Shown here piece after piece: positions 11,089 to 25,550 of a stretch of 64,000 nt of DNA (positions within the stretch are counted from its first letter, which is position 1; each line of letters begins with the position of its first letter). The stretch comes from Octopus vulgaris. Lineage: Eukaryota. Below the pieces are notes generated by a model. That model did not search any database and was not told the DNA's origin. It saw only the letters and a list, made by a program, of their open reading frames with translations. The translations under genes were made by a program, and so were the position numbers. The stretch spans positions 37,262,001 through 37,326,000 of the forward strand of contig OX597826.1 in assembly GCA_951406725.2 (NCBI GenBank). Direction: 5' to 3'.

Positions 11089-14000
11089 ATTATTACATCA
11101 GTTCAACTTTAAATCATCCCGGTTCTAGACGTGTTAACATTTCTTTCTTTACTCCCCATAAATACGAACCAGTGAATATATTACTAATAAGAAAACAGAA
11201 AAATAAAAGGTAACTAAATATGATGTCTCTGAATACCGCAGATGTCCATCTGCGGGACACGTTCATCCAGTTCAATCCATGAATAAAGTATGGTGCAGCT
11301 AATAGGCCAAGTAGATGTGTTTTGGGAACAATTCGTAGCTGTTGCCAGCAATAGCAGACGTTAATTCAAATAAAAACTGGCAATAATGCGAGAAAATCAT
11401 TCTTAAAATCTGCTTTGATAGAAGAACACTGCACAAATTGGTGCAATCTGAACAGAATCATATTTATTTCCACTGACATAATAAATCAGGATTAAACATT
11501 AAGTTGTGTATTTGCAACTAATTTCAGCGAATCAGCCTAATTCAACCTACTTCGGTTGTCTACATTCAAACAACGTGCGGTCGTGTATCATCATCATCAA
11601 TATGGACATCACTACTACTGCTTGTATTTAACTTATTGACAAATATTCATTCCAACGAACCAGATCTGTTCAACTGCTGACGTTGCACAAGCAACAAGGA
11701 AACTCACAATGTAGAGTATTGTTGGTACACTTAATACATCTCAGAACTATGTATATTGATATATACCGACATGGCTCCTATTCTACATCGAAAGTAACAC
11801 AACAAAGTAACAGACACGGTCCAAGTATTCTACAATTGCAAGTGTAATACATTACAATTGTATTGCTTCCTGCCCAACAGAAGTAATGCATTTATAGTAT
11901 CATAGCCATAATCGTCTATGTACACGTCTATGAACGTTAAATGAGTTTATCTAACCAATCATATTTCGAATTGTACATATATGAAGTTCATGGATTCCTT
12001 TATTGCTATTTATCATGTTCGAATATATTGAAAGAACTTCTTTTAAAATAAGCTTCAAGCAGTTTCTTTCGAGGTTAATTTAGACCGCCATCTCGTGAAT
12101 TTTCATTTACATACCTCTTTAACGTGTCTGGAAATGTGGTCGAATATCTCATAACATTTTGCAGTTACTATGGACCCATTTTCAACAGCAAATTATTCGA
12201 AATGGTAACGCGTTGAACAACAAATGTTTCTAATATTTGATAATAGATGTAAATATATTTTTCACATGAAGTACATCAATAAACTTTTATTTTTATCATA
12301 AATAGTCTTAGATATATTTTCCATTTTACTGCACCAAGAAGACGTCTCAAGTAGAATCAGTAGGAAGAATTTACCAATCGACAAAATAATGAAATATTTT
12401 AAAGGAAGGCAGTATTTTATATACAGTTTTAATTTTTTAAAGTAGCCTTTTTATTATGTTTTCATTTATATACTATCATTTATAAAAATAGAACATCTTT
12501 TATAATTCTCTGAACGTTTTTTATTTTGTTTTGTTTAATATTCCTGTAACATGTTCAAATGCATTAGATTTTGTGTTATACTTGAAAGCATGTATTTTTT
12601 ATAACAAAGCTTCTGGTCACTAGGGAAGATTACTTTTAGAACTTCATGCTCGGTGAACTTTCTATATTATCTCCAAACAAACAAAAATACAAAGAAAGAA
12701 ATGAAGCTAAGTTTAATACGTTTATCAAATTTACTTTTACTTTCTCTTTTGCTATTAGTTTCGATTTCCAACATCATCATATGTCAAACGGTTACATAAA
12801 ATAAAAATATATTCGAGTCAATTATAGTTACCTTAGCATTTCTGATATAATCAATTTTTCGTTGGAAAAAAAGAAAAAAACATGAAATACTTTGAAATTG
12901 AATTTAGTTTTTAAATCTTTTGAAATTATCTGCACGTAAGGACTTTATAATCTAGAAAAGACTATGAAACTCAAAGGTTTTGGAGTCATTTGAAGTGTAG
13001 AAAGCAAAAATGTTTACAATAGCAAGACAGAATTATTGAATAGATTCTTTATTTAAGGAAGGTATGGCGCCAATGAAAGTGAGTTTTTGGCGACATAAAA
13101 AATAATGGGTGTGGTAGTTAGAAAACCAAGTTCTTCCAATTTAAACTTTCAAAAACATATTCTTTCTACGTGATTAGAAAACTAGAAGCTAAAGAATAAA
13201 ATGTAAATTGCTGCTAATGACCTGAGGCTAAATACCGCTGTGTTCAAGTTCCCATTTGCTATAATTATGTAAAGATCTGATGAAGAAATACCATAAATCG
13301 TTCAAAGAAGACACGAATGCTCCTTTTTGTTCATTTCTATATTCATTATCGTCTCAGAATTTTCTCACTGACTTCACCTAATTTATTTTCTATTTAGGTT
13401 TTGTAGGGCTTGTTTACTATTTATTCATTTTATTTACTTTCCTCTTTGATTGCAATGGAGACATCTTTGCAGTTTAGATGTCTAACAGGATAACAATTTC
13501 AGCTACAATCCTGAGACGAATAAATAAAGTTAAGCCTGGTGTACCTGAAGGGCAATTGACGTCTTCTTAATTAGAATTGGTAAATTATTATACAGCATTC
13601 CTGCTGACATTCTTAATGATAAACAATTTAGAAAACTCATGGAAGATTTTATACGGGTTATAATCATTCGTTGATATAGTAAATTTGGTTTAAATAGCCC
13701 AAAGTCATCTTTAAGTTTCAAGGTTTTCCCAAGAGATGAAGCAAGTAATGATGGAAGAAAAATTCCGATTCCCAATGTTATTTTACCATTCCAGCAATGA
13801 GAACCTCTTGAATAATAAACAAACGAATAATATTAGTAAAATTATATAAATCTAATTTCGGTGAAAATTTTGAGTTGCTACTGAACTATATATATATATA
13901 TGTACGCCTTGAAAATTATTTATCAGTCTATTTTCAAAGAGAAATCGATCGAGTGACGGAGTCAATAAGACGTCGTTCAACAAATTTAATTGTTTCAGAC

Positions 14001-15056
14001 GCCAAATTCAAATTCCTTTTATCTGTTTATAAGAAAGTAACGTTTCGATATGATGAAATTTTATTAGCGAAATGAGTCAAATGTCAACTTTTCAAAATGA
14101 GAAGTATACTATGCACAGTGACATTTTGAATTTGATTCCTAGTACCGTCACATCTACTATAGAAATTAGCAAGACAGGAATAAGCTTTGATCTATTATTT
14201 TACTCCCTTTACCATTTAGTTCTGCACTTTAATTTGTTTGACGGGAAACTTTCCTACTGTCACATTGTATTGTTGGAATGTTAGGGAGGCAGTTAACCTA
14301 TTAAAAATCTACCTAATAGTAGAAATTCACACGCACGCACACACACACACACACAGACACACACACACAAACACAATATATATATATATATATATACAGT
14401 GTGTGTGTGTATGTGAGTGTGTATGCGTATTTATGTATGCATGTATGTATACTAATAATCATAATAATCCTTTCTACTAAAGGTTTGTGATCGAGGCTTA
14501 TTGATTATACTTGCGAATGAAAATTCAAAGGTTTTGAATTTCCTTCAGCAAGTCATTATCTTTATTATTATTATTTTCCTAAGCAGAAAAGCTTTCCACC
14601 TCCGTCCGTCGGATTACACTGAGAGATTAGGCTCACAGATGTCGCCGACATCGACAAAGATAGGAGCTTCTAACAGTCAGTCTGAGGCTTTTGTTGAAAA
14701 AACACAACTAAACGAATAGATACTCAGTGTCGTTAGACGAAAAACTGATACGCATGCTATCAAATTTTAATAAATGAATCCTAAAGAACTGCCTACATAA
14801 CTGAATATCTATGATATAACTACAATCATATTGAGATTGCATAATACGTGGAAACCGACACGCAGCGAGGAAAACTGAACGAAACAAATGTCGTTGATGA
14901 AAGGTATCTTATCATTGGCTCGTTATCGTTGTTATTAACCGAAATGCATGTTTCAAGAAATATATATCCTAACGAGTTTCAAAAGATTTTGTTACCAAAA
15001 AATTGATAATAACTAATTAAACTATGTCTGCCGTACTTACAGTGGTACATATTCCT

Positions 15057-15451
15057 TGTGGAGGCGCAATGGCCCAGTGGTTAGGGTAGCGGACTCGCGG
15101 TCATAGGATCGCAGTTTCGATTCCCAGACCGGGCGTTGTGAGTGTTTATTGAGCGAAAACACCTAAAAAAGCTCCACGAGGCTCCGGCAGGGGATGGTGG
15201 TGATCCCTGCTGTACTCTTTCACCACAACTTTCTCTCACTCTTACTTCCTGTTTCTGTTGTAACCTCTATTTCAAGGGGCCGGCCTTGTCACTCTCTGTG
15301 TCACGCTGAATATCCCCGAGAACTACGTTAAGGGTGCACGTGTCTGTGGAGTGCTCAGCCACTTGCACGTTAATTTCACGAGCAGGCTGTTCCGTTGATT
15401 CGGATCAACCGGAACCCTCATCGTCGTAACCGACGGAGTGCTTCCCCCCTA
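15057..15451 (+). mobile_element. Full-length tRNA-derived SINE family B (resembles the octopus OR-type SINEs) with 13-bp TSD
   Basis: A box TGGCCCAGTGG, B box GTTTCGATTCC. TSD GGTACATATTCCT at 15044-15056 and 15452-15464. Further copies at 51740 and 63496. Confidence 0.92.
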
Positions 15452-16030
15452 GGTACATATTCCTAACAATGAAAAAGAGCATCACGGCAATTGTGTTTCA
15501 TAGTTAAAACAAAAGAAATTATATGAGGCAAAAGGATTTCCTAACCCTTTCGCCTAATTAATTTATGCGACTCGTTTTAATGGATGTTTTTCTCAAAATA
15601 CTCTATTTTCTGTCATAATTTTCCTTGTTCATCTTTTTGTACTGTACCCTCAATTTCTCGGAACTAATTATTCACCTGCGATCTATGTTCGGGCACCCGA
15701 ATTCACGCATTTAATTTAGCATTAATCATTTTTCTGCACACAGGTACTACACTAACAATTATACATGACCCTCCTAATCTCGAAACATTTTCCTTCTATA
15801 ATGTCCTCTATCTGCCAGTTTATTCCTGTTTTCCTTCATATTCATGAACTTGCAAGTGTTCAAGAGAAACATTCGCACCATCCATTACATAAAGAGTATT
15901 CACATATGTTCTTTCATTTAACGAATTTCATTTTAAAATGAACATGTGCTATACCTAAGCATTTTAGAGTACCTGATTACATTAGGCTTATAAATATACG
16001 CACACACACAGACATTATACATACATGCAG

Positions 16031-16069
<39 letters not shown>

Positions 16070-16205
16070 CATATATATAAACATATGTATATACATATAT
16101 GCATATATGCATATATATAAATATATATATATACGTATATATAAATATGTATTTACATATATGCATATATATATATATATGCACACACACACACACATAT
16201 ATATA

Positions 16206-16615
16206 TTACTCTTTACTCTCTTTTACTCTTTTACTTGTTTCAGTCATTTGACTGCGGCCATGCTGGAGCACCGCCTTTAGTCGAGCAAATCGACCCCGGG
16301 ACTTATTCTTTGTAAGCCCAGTACTTATTCTATCGGTCTTTTGCCGAACCGCTAAGTGACGGGGAGGTAAACACACCAGCATCGGTTGTCAAGCAATGCT
16401 AGGGGGACAAACACAGACACTCAAACACATATACACACACATATATATATACGACAGGCTTCTTTCAGTTTCCGTCTACCAAATCCACTCACAAGGCATT
16501 GGTCGGCCCGGGGCTATAGCAGAAGACACTTGCCCAAGATGCCACGCAGTGGGACTGAACCCAGAACCATGTGGTTGGTTAGCAAGCTACTTACCACACA
16601 ACCACTCCTGCGCCT
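16206..16615 (-). mobile_element. Full-length tRNA-derived SINE family A (CORE-like CCTTGGGCAAG motif, internal TA/TG microsatellite, (GTAAAAGA)n tail)
   Basis: Head GGCGCAGGAGTGGTTGTGTGGTAAG...GGGTTCAGTCCC; tail GGCGGTGCTCCAGCATGGCCGCAGTCAAATGACTGAAACAAGTAAAAGAG. Many copies in the window. Confidence 0.92.
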
Positions 16616-16724
16616 ATATATGTATATATATATATATATATACATATATTGATATATACCTATATGTATGTGTGTGCATGTATATACCTGTTTCTGCCAG
16701 AGTATAATATACGTCTTTAACTGA

Positions 16725-16918
16725 GACACAAGGACAGCCATTTGGGGAAGTGTGGGATCAGAATCGATCTTAATAAATAGATCGGTACTTTTTTCCCATG
16801 GAACCGAGTTGGAGGTAAGCAAAGTTAACCTTGACGAACTTTAAACTCAAACTTTAACTAACAGACTGAAATACCGCAACCGTTCTCCCTGATATTCTGA
16901 TAAATCTGCCAATCTGCC
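16725..16918 (-). mobile_element. Highly degenerate SINE family M copy
   Basis: GCAAAGTTAACCTTGACGAACTTTAAACTCA...GAAATACCGCAA...TCTGCCAATCTGCC parallels 33533-33630. Confidence 0.5.
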
Positions 16919-17616
16919 ACTCGTATAAATTTCAAAACCTATTACATTACAAGGATGTATATAAGATGACAACCCGAGAAAACTTAGAAAATAGAATTTT
17001 TCATGTATTTCAGACTACTTCACGTTCAAAATATGATTTGCCCGAAATAAAGAACTAAATTCCAGCAGTGTGTTGTGACCAACAGTGATTTGAAATATTG
17101 TATTGTGATCACAACACATTTCTTGTTGTTTTCGAATAAAGCATCTACTTTCATTGTTTTATATCTATATCTTATATATTTATATCTGTTTTAAAAATTC
17201 CTCATCAAACAACGACTCCTGAATCCAGACGAATACTTAAATTGAATTAAAATAACAAAATATAAAGTAAGTACATATTCTGATCTGTATTTTAACTATA
17301 TTATACCATTAAGGAATAACTATAGTACATTTAGACGGTCTTTCAATCTCCTTCAGTCTCCAGAAGCAAAGTTAAAGAAAATAGACGTGTGACGTTATGT
17401 ATGGAGACGTACGATGCTACATGTGTGTGTAAACATGTTCATATAGTCTATATATGTTCGATTTATTTAACATTGTGTATTCTTGTTATATGTTTATTAC
17501 TTATTTTATACATGCAAGTATACATACAAATATACGCAGACACACACACACACAATCACACAGGCACATCTATAAATAATGCGTACAGCTTCATGAACAC
17601 ACAGTATCATAGCCTT

Positions 17617-17658
<42 letters not shown>

Positions 17659-17664
17659 CATACA

Positions 17665-17768
<104 letters not shown>

Positions 17769-18379
17769 TTGCTGTCACTCTCCCGGATTCACTTCCTTTA
17801 CTTAAGAAATTAATGTCTCATTTGTTTTGTCTAATCCTTCCTATAATTACATTCTCTGCTTTCTAAATGTAAAATTCTCCCTTTAGCTAACGTAAACTCA
17901 TTAACCTAATATCGAAGAGAACCGAAAACCTTGCCCGCCATTATTCCTATTTAATAGAAATATTCAATGCAATATTACTATTAACAAATGTTGATTTGGT
18001 TCCACTGCTAGAAATAGTAGGTTTAATAATAGCATTTGATGTGGATGTAAGACGAAATTGATTTAGTTAAAGACATTGAATTAACAGCAATTAGCTGAGT
18101 GACTTTGTCACCGTCAGTAACTCTCAGGATCGCCATCTATCGGTGAAGAAGTAGATAAAGTTAGCATTTCAATTTATATTATGTTATTCCATTGAAGTTA
18201 TTCTATATTCTACGAGAACCGCTACATAAATGCAGACGTACACACGTATATATATGTTTGTGTTTGTGTATACATATATATGTGTGTGTACGTATATATG
18301 TATACATATGTGTATATACGTATATATATATATCTGTGTGTGTGTGTGTTTGTATGTGTATGTGTAAATATGCATATAG

Positions 18380-18543
18380 ATAGATAGTTGGATAGATAGA
18401 TAGATAGAGAGAGAGAGAGATAGAGCGACAGAGAGACAGACAGACAGATAGGAAGGTAGGTATGTAGGTAGATATATAGATAGAGAGAGAGAGAGAGAGA
18501 GAGATAAACAGTCAGACAGACTGATTGATTCATTCATTCATTC

Positions 18544-18610
<67 letters not shown>
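18380..18610. repeat. (GATA)n/(GA)n/(GACA)n compound microsatellite
   Basis: Directly visible. Confidence 0.95.
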
Positions 18611-20210
18611 TCCGTAAAGCATAGCTCTCTAGAAATATATTAAGTTAGAAAAGGACCGATATATATATATATATTATGGTGTGTATGAGATAATTGCAAG
18701 ATTAAGAAACTATCCAAACTATAAAATCACTAGACACTCTCTGCAAATATTTCAGGAATTCACTAACAAATAATTCAATAAACAGTATTAACTGTTTTTT
18801 AGAAGATTGTGAGAGATTGTGTCAGGAAGAAGAAATGGAAAGTTCTTAAACTTATATATTTAAGGAACGAGTCACAGGAAATTTCCCAAGAGATAGTAAT
18901 CCGATATAATTTAACATTAACTACAAATTTTCTTTTATTTTCATTATTTTCTTTCTCCTCCTCGTTTGCGTTTGCTATTTAACCTTATTGTTTTACGTAG
19001 ATGTGATGCCCACTTATTGAATTAGATACTTCTTCTCTACAACATCCACACTGTTAAAGAATTAAGGTCTTTTTTATTGATTATACTTATCATCTTCATA
19101 ATGTTACTCTTCATTCTGATTGGTCTAATTGTTTTTTTATATATTCCATTTATAGCAAAACATCTTATGAACGAGTTCACAATACAACAATGATATTCTA
19201 GTTATTTTGTTGTCAGATCTGATCTAAGTCATTAGGTCCAAAGACAATTTGTTGTGTCACTATAAAAATGATTACACTCAAGAACTGCAGTTATATTTGA
19301 ACACATTATTTCAAATGAAATATATGTGTTAAGTACTAGATGGAACGCACTATCCAAACCTCAAACCCGCGACTACTGTCCGAAGTGTATTACCAAATTC
19401 ATACAATGATGATTATATTAAATAATATAAACGCCACCTATATAACATTCCATATTGCTAATCATTAGACTACTCCCTACTGATCCTTTTCTTTTATATC
19501 CGATCTTGTATTTCCACTAACTTCGTACTAGGTGTAGTTTATTATTATAACACGCCTCTTTCTTTAAACTCCTTAATGATAAGTAATATTATTGCTACTA
19601 AGTTTTTCGTCTCCAATCAAACATGTCCTAATATTAGAAGCGGTTCCCATTAACCCATATACACATTCGTATCTAAAGCAACACCCTAGATCTTTCCACT
19701 TTCCTTCACTTTCACTTCTGCTTTCTTTATTCTTTATCCTTAATTTATTTTAGGTCCTCTCCGTGCTACCCACTGCTCTAAGCCTACTATAATGAAGTAT
19801 CACCTACACCTCGCTTTATGGGTATAAACAGACAGCTCTTTAACGGTAATCTTATGAGCATTTGCTAATTCTTGATTTGGTTTGCTAAACCTTAATATAT
19901 ATATTCTTGATTCGTTTGCTAAACCTTATTATTTCAATTCGTTGTTTTAATTCCACAGCGTTTCCGATTTGATTAGGTAAGAGTATGTTATTTCTCAACA
20001 AAAATTTAGGCCACTTTACGCACATGCACAAAAATAATGATGACACGGGTTAGCCACCAGACCCTGCGCATATTTTCGTCAAATTGGTCTTACCCATTAA
20101 TATAGATTTTGAGTTTTTAAAACATGTCGAAATTTGACGAAAAATGATTACATGGTTATAAACAGACATATTAAACGGTAATTTATTACTGGGTAACTCA
20201 GCTCCTATAC

Positions 20211-20272
<62 letters not shown>

Positions 20273-20331
20273 TTTTTTTCTTTCTTTACTGGGTAACTCA
20301 GCTCCTATAGACACATATATATATATATATA

Positions 20332-20605
20332 TTCTTTCTTTCTTTCTTTTATTCTTTTATTTGTTTCAGTCATTTGACTACGGCCATGCTGGAATACCAC
20401 CTTTAGTCGAAGAAATCGACCCAAGGACTTATCATTTCCAAGCGTAGTACTTATGCTAACGGTCTCTTTCGCCGAACCGATAAGTTACGGGGATGTAAAG
20501 ACAGCAGCAACGATTGTCAAACGGTGGAGGCGGGAGACAAACACCGACACAAAGACACACACACACGAATATATATATAGATAGATATAGATATAGATAT
20601 ATACA
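20332..20605 (-). mobile_element. SINE family A 3' half, broken at its internal microsatellite
   Basis: TTGTTTCAGTCATTTGACTACGGCCATGCTGG...GCCGAACCGATAAGTTACGGGGA matches family A. Confidence 0.88.
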
Positions 20606-20633
20606 CGATAAATACGAGAATATATTCTCGTAT

Positions 20634-20694
20634 TTATCGCTGAAGAGGGGAAAATTCTTATGAATTAGCCCGGAAATTGGGACCAATACGGTAA
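20634..20694 (+). ncRNA. Type I hammerhead ribozyme, near-canonical (one mismatch at the base of stem II)
   Basis: Stem I TTATCG/CGGTAA; CTGAAGA 20640-20646; stem II GGG..AATTC-TTAT-GAATT..CCC; GAAA 20673-20676; stem III ATTG-GGAC-CAAT; cleavage triplet AUA ending at 20688. Confidence 0.7.
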
Positions 20695-20906
20695 TAATGG
20701 ATTTTTTAAAAATTTCTATCGGTTTGTTTCGAGACGCATAAATTATAATGGTTATTGACAATTGTTGTCTTTTTTTCGGCATATTTGGCATTAGAATTTT
20801 TCTTTTGCCCTCATTTTGTAAAGTATTTATAAATTCAACCTTTAAAGGTATGTTTTAATATGCTGGCCATTGATAAATTTTTTTTCCCGAAAAAATTTTA
20901 TCCTAC

Positions 20907-20963
<57 letters not shown>

Positions 20964-20988
20964 GTATATATATACATATATATGTATA

Positions 20989-21040
<52 letters not shown>

Positions 21041-21257
21041 TTCATTTATTCTTGTATTTGTCTCAGATATTTGACTGCAGCCATGCTGAAACACCGCCTT
21101 TAGTCGAATTAATCGACCCCAAGACTTACTCTTTGTAAGCCTAGTACTTGTACTATCGGGCGCTCTTGCCGAACTGCTATGTTACAGGGACGTAAACACA
21201 CCAGTATTTGTTGTTAAGCGATGGTTGTGGGACAAACACTAACCCATAAACATATAA

Positions 21258-21327
<70 letters not shown>

Positions 21328-21450
21328 ATATATATATATTTATAATACGGACTTCTTTCAATTTCTGTCTACCAAATCCACTCACAAGGCTTTGGTCAGC
21401 CCGAGGCTATTATAGCAGAAAACAATTTGCCTAGATGCCACGCAGAGGCA
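21041..21450 (-). mobile_element. SINE family A copy, head truncated
   Basis: Colinear with 16206-16550. Confidence 0.88.
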
Positions 21451-21648
21451 CAATATATGGATTTAAGTACTCCGGGAGTACTCATAAAAATGCTCCCTTA
21501 TGTATCATTCCACAAAACATATAGAATATATGTAGTACGATACAAGATAAATCGATAAGGTATGTATATAATCATAAATATCATAGAGATAGTTTGATAC
21601 TCATAAAAATATAACATATATTATTTAGATACATACGTATAGACACAC

Positions 21649-21701
<53 letters not shown>

Positions 21702-22352
21702 TACAGTTAGGTGTACGACTATGACCGATGATTTCAGAGTTTTATCATCATCCAGTCTGGAGTAATGTTCTATTTCTTCTATTTAAAAAATGCCTACGAA
21801 ACAGCTGTAATGAGTTGATAATTATCCATCGTCTGGTTATTCATTTGATTATAATACATCAAGGGAATCTACTGGGCCTAATAGTATTACTGTTTATGAT
21901 ATTCAGAGCAAATGTAAGAATAATTATGATAAACACTGATTTTGTATCATTTGTTTATTTCATACAAATATATGTTAATTTAAGTTTATCATTACTGATG
22001 AAGTAACTCTAAACTGAAAGTAACTTCAAACGTATGGTAATATATTTTGAATGGAACCTTCGCCTTACAGTTTACTCTACCGCGTGACGAATTTTAAAGT
22101 ACAGAAAAGGAAGTTCATAATATACACAAACACATACACACACACACACAAGCACACTCACATACGCAGAACCACACCAACGCGCCCACATACCGTTGTA
22201 TATATATGTGTGTGTGTATGTGTGTGTATGTATATATGTATGTATGTATGCATGTATGTATGTATGTATGTTTGTATGTATGCATGTATGTATCAAAATT
22301 TTCAATTACCTCTTCGTACGACAGAAAAACACAAACTTTATATAAGTGAGCG

Positions 22353-22412
<60 letters not shown>

Positions 22413-23277
22413 TGAAGAGTTAGCAGCGTTGTCTAATGGCAATATTCAGCGGGAATCTGACGGTAATATTCTAGCCAGTTATATGCCATAACCAGTAATA
22501 TATTGCTTGACGATGTTTCTACCTATCGATTTCGTTTTCTCTCTCCTTTTCCCACATGCTCTCTCTCTCTTTCTCTCTCTCTCTATATATATATACATAT
22601 AAAATGAAAGTGATATATATATATACATATATATATATCTGCATATGTTTATATGTGATATGTAGCTATGTATGGTTATACATATATACACACATAGCTG
22701 CATATAAATAAGCGCATACATGAAACGCTGTCAGTGAAACAGACTGTGAAATACACCTCTGTAAAACCCTATCATTTTCCGAAATGAATTTCCATACTGT
22801 AAATAGTAAGTGACAGTTTTGCTGCTTATATCTGCACCTAATTAATGCGTAGTACTTTTACTGCGTCTCTTACAAGGAACCCATTCATTTGGACGTTAGA
22901 TATCCTCTTCTACATCTAAGGCCAATTACGCACAGATACTACACAAATAGGATTGAATTCACTGATTCCAACCTCCTCGTTACTAATGGTAGCTTCTACC
23001 AATAGTCGTAATAATGAACACCGATGTTTCTATATACGACCCATTTTTATGAGTCGCTGTAGTTCGCTTCTCCTATTTATTTTACCCAATAAAATTTTGA
23101 ACCGACTTTCTATTGATTTTTATTTCCTCCGTTGTTTCATCTAAGGATTTATAGATGCATAGAATATAAATGTGGTTGTGACGTTAAACTGGCAGATAAT
23201 TTTACAAGAGAAAAGCAATAAGTTCAAATTTTGCTTTCACCATTTTCATCGTGAATCTCTGGAAGCAACAGTGATAC

Positions 23278-23590
23278 GTGAAGGCACATGGCCTAGTAGG
23301 TAGAGCAGCGGACACGCGGTTGAGGGATCGCGAGTTCGAATCTCAGACCGGGTGATGCGTGTGTTTATGAGCGAAACACCTAAGCTCCCCGCGGCTCCGG
23401 CAGAAGGTAATGGCGAAACTTCTGCTGACTCTTTCGCCACAACATTCTCTCACTCTTTCCTCCTGCATCTTGCAGCTGACCTGCGACGGACCGGCGTCCC
23501 GCCCAGGTGGGGAACCTATACGCCAAGAAACCAGGAAACCGGCCCTTATGAGCCAGGCATGGCTCGAGAAGGAACTATATATTGATATAG
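23278..23590 (+). mobile_element. tRNA-derived SINE with a family-B-like head and body but a different 3' tail, with TSD
   Basis: A box TGGCCTAGTAGG, B box GAGTTCGAATCT. TSD AACAGTGATAC(GT) at 23267 and 23591. Tail CCTGCGACGGACCGGCGTCCC...GAAACC...TGAGCC...GGCTCG. Confidence 0.9.
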
Positions 23591-24829
23591 AACAGTGATA
23601 CGTTTTCTACAACCACTTGCTATTTGAAATATTATTCCTCTTCATTCGCCTATATGAATATTTTAACTTTATTTTCAACATAGATGTATTAATTTTGTCA
23701 GTTCTGATAAAATTGGAAAATTATAAAATACGTTACTAATAGCCGTTTATAAATTGTAAAACATTTCATCGTTACTTTCAAAGACAACGTGTTCGGTTTT
23801 CTCTGTATCTCTTGCGGGAATTGTTATTTGTTATTTTCACCCTTTAAGCTATATTTCATCGATAAATACAACGGCCGAGATTGGGAGTGATCCATTGCCT
23901 TGAATATCTCGGAGATAATTTACTTTGAAAATAACAAGAAAAATATCACTGTCATTATCATATTGATTGATAGAAAAAAATACAGTATAAGCAACAACAC
24001 CCAGATGATAGTAAAGACAGAAACAACAGCAGCGAGAAAACGCTGACATTTTCACCTACCACCAACAGAAACCGAAAACAAAACAGGAGCAAACACAATA
24101 ACAATGTTATGAAATAATGTATAAAAATGTGAAATTGAAGACAAAAAATCAGTTTGTTTGCTTTAATGGATATTTTGTGTTAGAATAATATATATAAGGT
24201 TACCCTCTTCATATCTACGAAAATATTGCATTCTAATCTGGCATTCACAGTCTCATTATATACACATACATATATGTAAACACACACACACACTCATACA
24301 CACAGATATATATGCATAGATATAAGCGCATAGTCATACATGCGTATGTATATTTACATTGCGTGTAAACATATATATATATATATGTATGATATATATG
24401 TATATATATACATATATACATACATACTATGTAGACATATTTATGTATACATATGTATATATATATGTATATGAATGTGTTCCTTTGTGTGTAAGTGTGT
24501 ACAGAATAAACAAAAGTAAAAGGCACATTAAATAAGTTTATAGTCAAGCAAATGACAACAAAATTATCAAAGAATATCCTTTTAAGAATTCATTTCGGAA
24601 AATAATTCCATCATTTTGTGTTAGTCTTCAATGCTGGAAATAAACATATCTTTAAAGAATCGAGTTTCTAAGATAGAGAAATTGTTTCCAGTTGTCATGT
24701 TTTGGGTCATTTATATTTGATTATCTCCCTATATAGGAAAATATTGTCACTCAAGTGTAATTGGTCCCTTATTTCTATAGATATACCTTAAAATATAATA
24801 TCCTGTTCATATTAAGTATATATCTTATG

Positions 24830-25100
24830 TTGTTTTCTTGAAATTCTGTGAGAATTCTTTCTGTAAAATGTGTTGGCAGCCCAACTAATGGAAAGAGACT
24901 TTCGAAAACTTATTTGTATTAAATATTCAATGTTATTGCCACAGATGTTGTTGCTGTTGTTCTTAGAATCTATTTCAAGGAATTGCTCCAATAGTATTTG
25001 AGGCTCTATTCTAAACTCTTGTATGTTATATAACCTACACTTCACTGACAATCCTTCAACATAGCCTAGATCTCGTTCGTGTATATCCATTTGGATATTA
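24830..25100 (-). pseudogene. Possible highly decayed C-terminus of an RLE-type (R4/Dong-like) non-LTR ORF
   Basis: Frameshifted TIGAI and RKSLSISWAANTF resemble the PIVIGALG...QKSALLGTAHIL motifs. Adjoins an (AAC/AAT)-like tract. Confidence 0.25.
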
Positions 25101-25351
25101 TGGATTTTCGGTGCTATGATTGTTGTGACAGTAATTGTATTATTGTTGTAGTTTGTATTGTAGTTGTAGTTCTTAACGTTGCTGTAAATGTTTCTGTTTT
25201 TGATGTAAAGCAGTTTTGGGCAAAACACTTCCTTCAACAAATCCCAGAAATGTATACCTGAGAAGATTTACTGAAGAATAACTTGTGACTTAAACTAGTG
25301 ACTATCAGTCCGTGCACCGCAAAAGACATCTCGGTGAACCACGATTATAAC

Positions 25352-25550
25352 TCTTTCTGATTTTGGCACAAGGCTTGTAATTTTAGCGGAGGTAACAAAT
25401 CGATTACATCTACCTCAGTACCCAATACTGATGCGTAGTTTATTGACCCCACCACCAACAACAAATGTTAGAATGCAAACGTTTGGAAGAAATGCAGCTG
25501 AGTATTTTTTTCCAATGTACTAACGATTCATTCTATAATCTTGCTGTCTT
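25352..25550 (-). mobile_element. Degenerate SINE family M copy
   Basis: GGCACAAGG...TCGATTACATC...CAGTAC...TTTATTGACCCC...TAACGATTC. Confidence 0.55.

Noticed and set aside
13440-14300. Possible LINE ORF1 plus ORF2 start (TLYCWNVRE resembling SWNVRG)
   Set aside because: Only one short motif, many stops, and nothing downstream to confirm it.
15061-15135. tRNA-like sequences at SINE heads (also 23281, 51742)
   Set aside because: No complete cloverleaf or terminator. They continue into SINE bodies enclosed by TSDs, so they are not tRNA genes.
22412-22450. CTGAAGA-GTTAG...CTAAT hammerhead-like start
   Set aside because: GAAA core and stems I/III are not recoverable.
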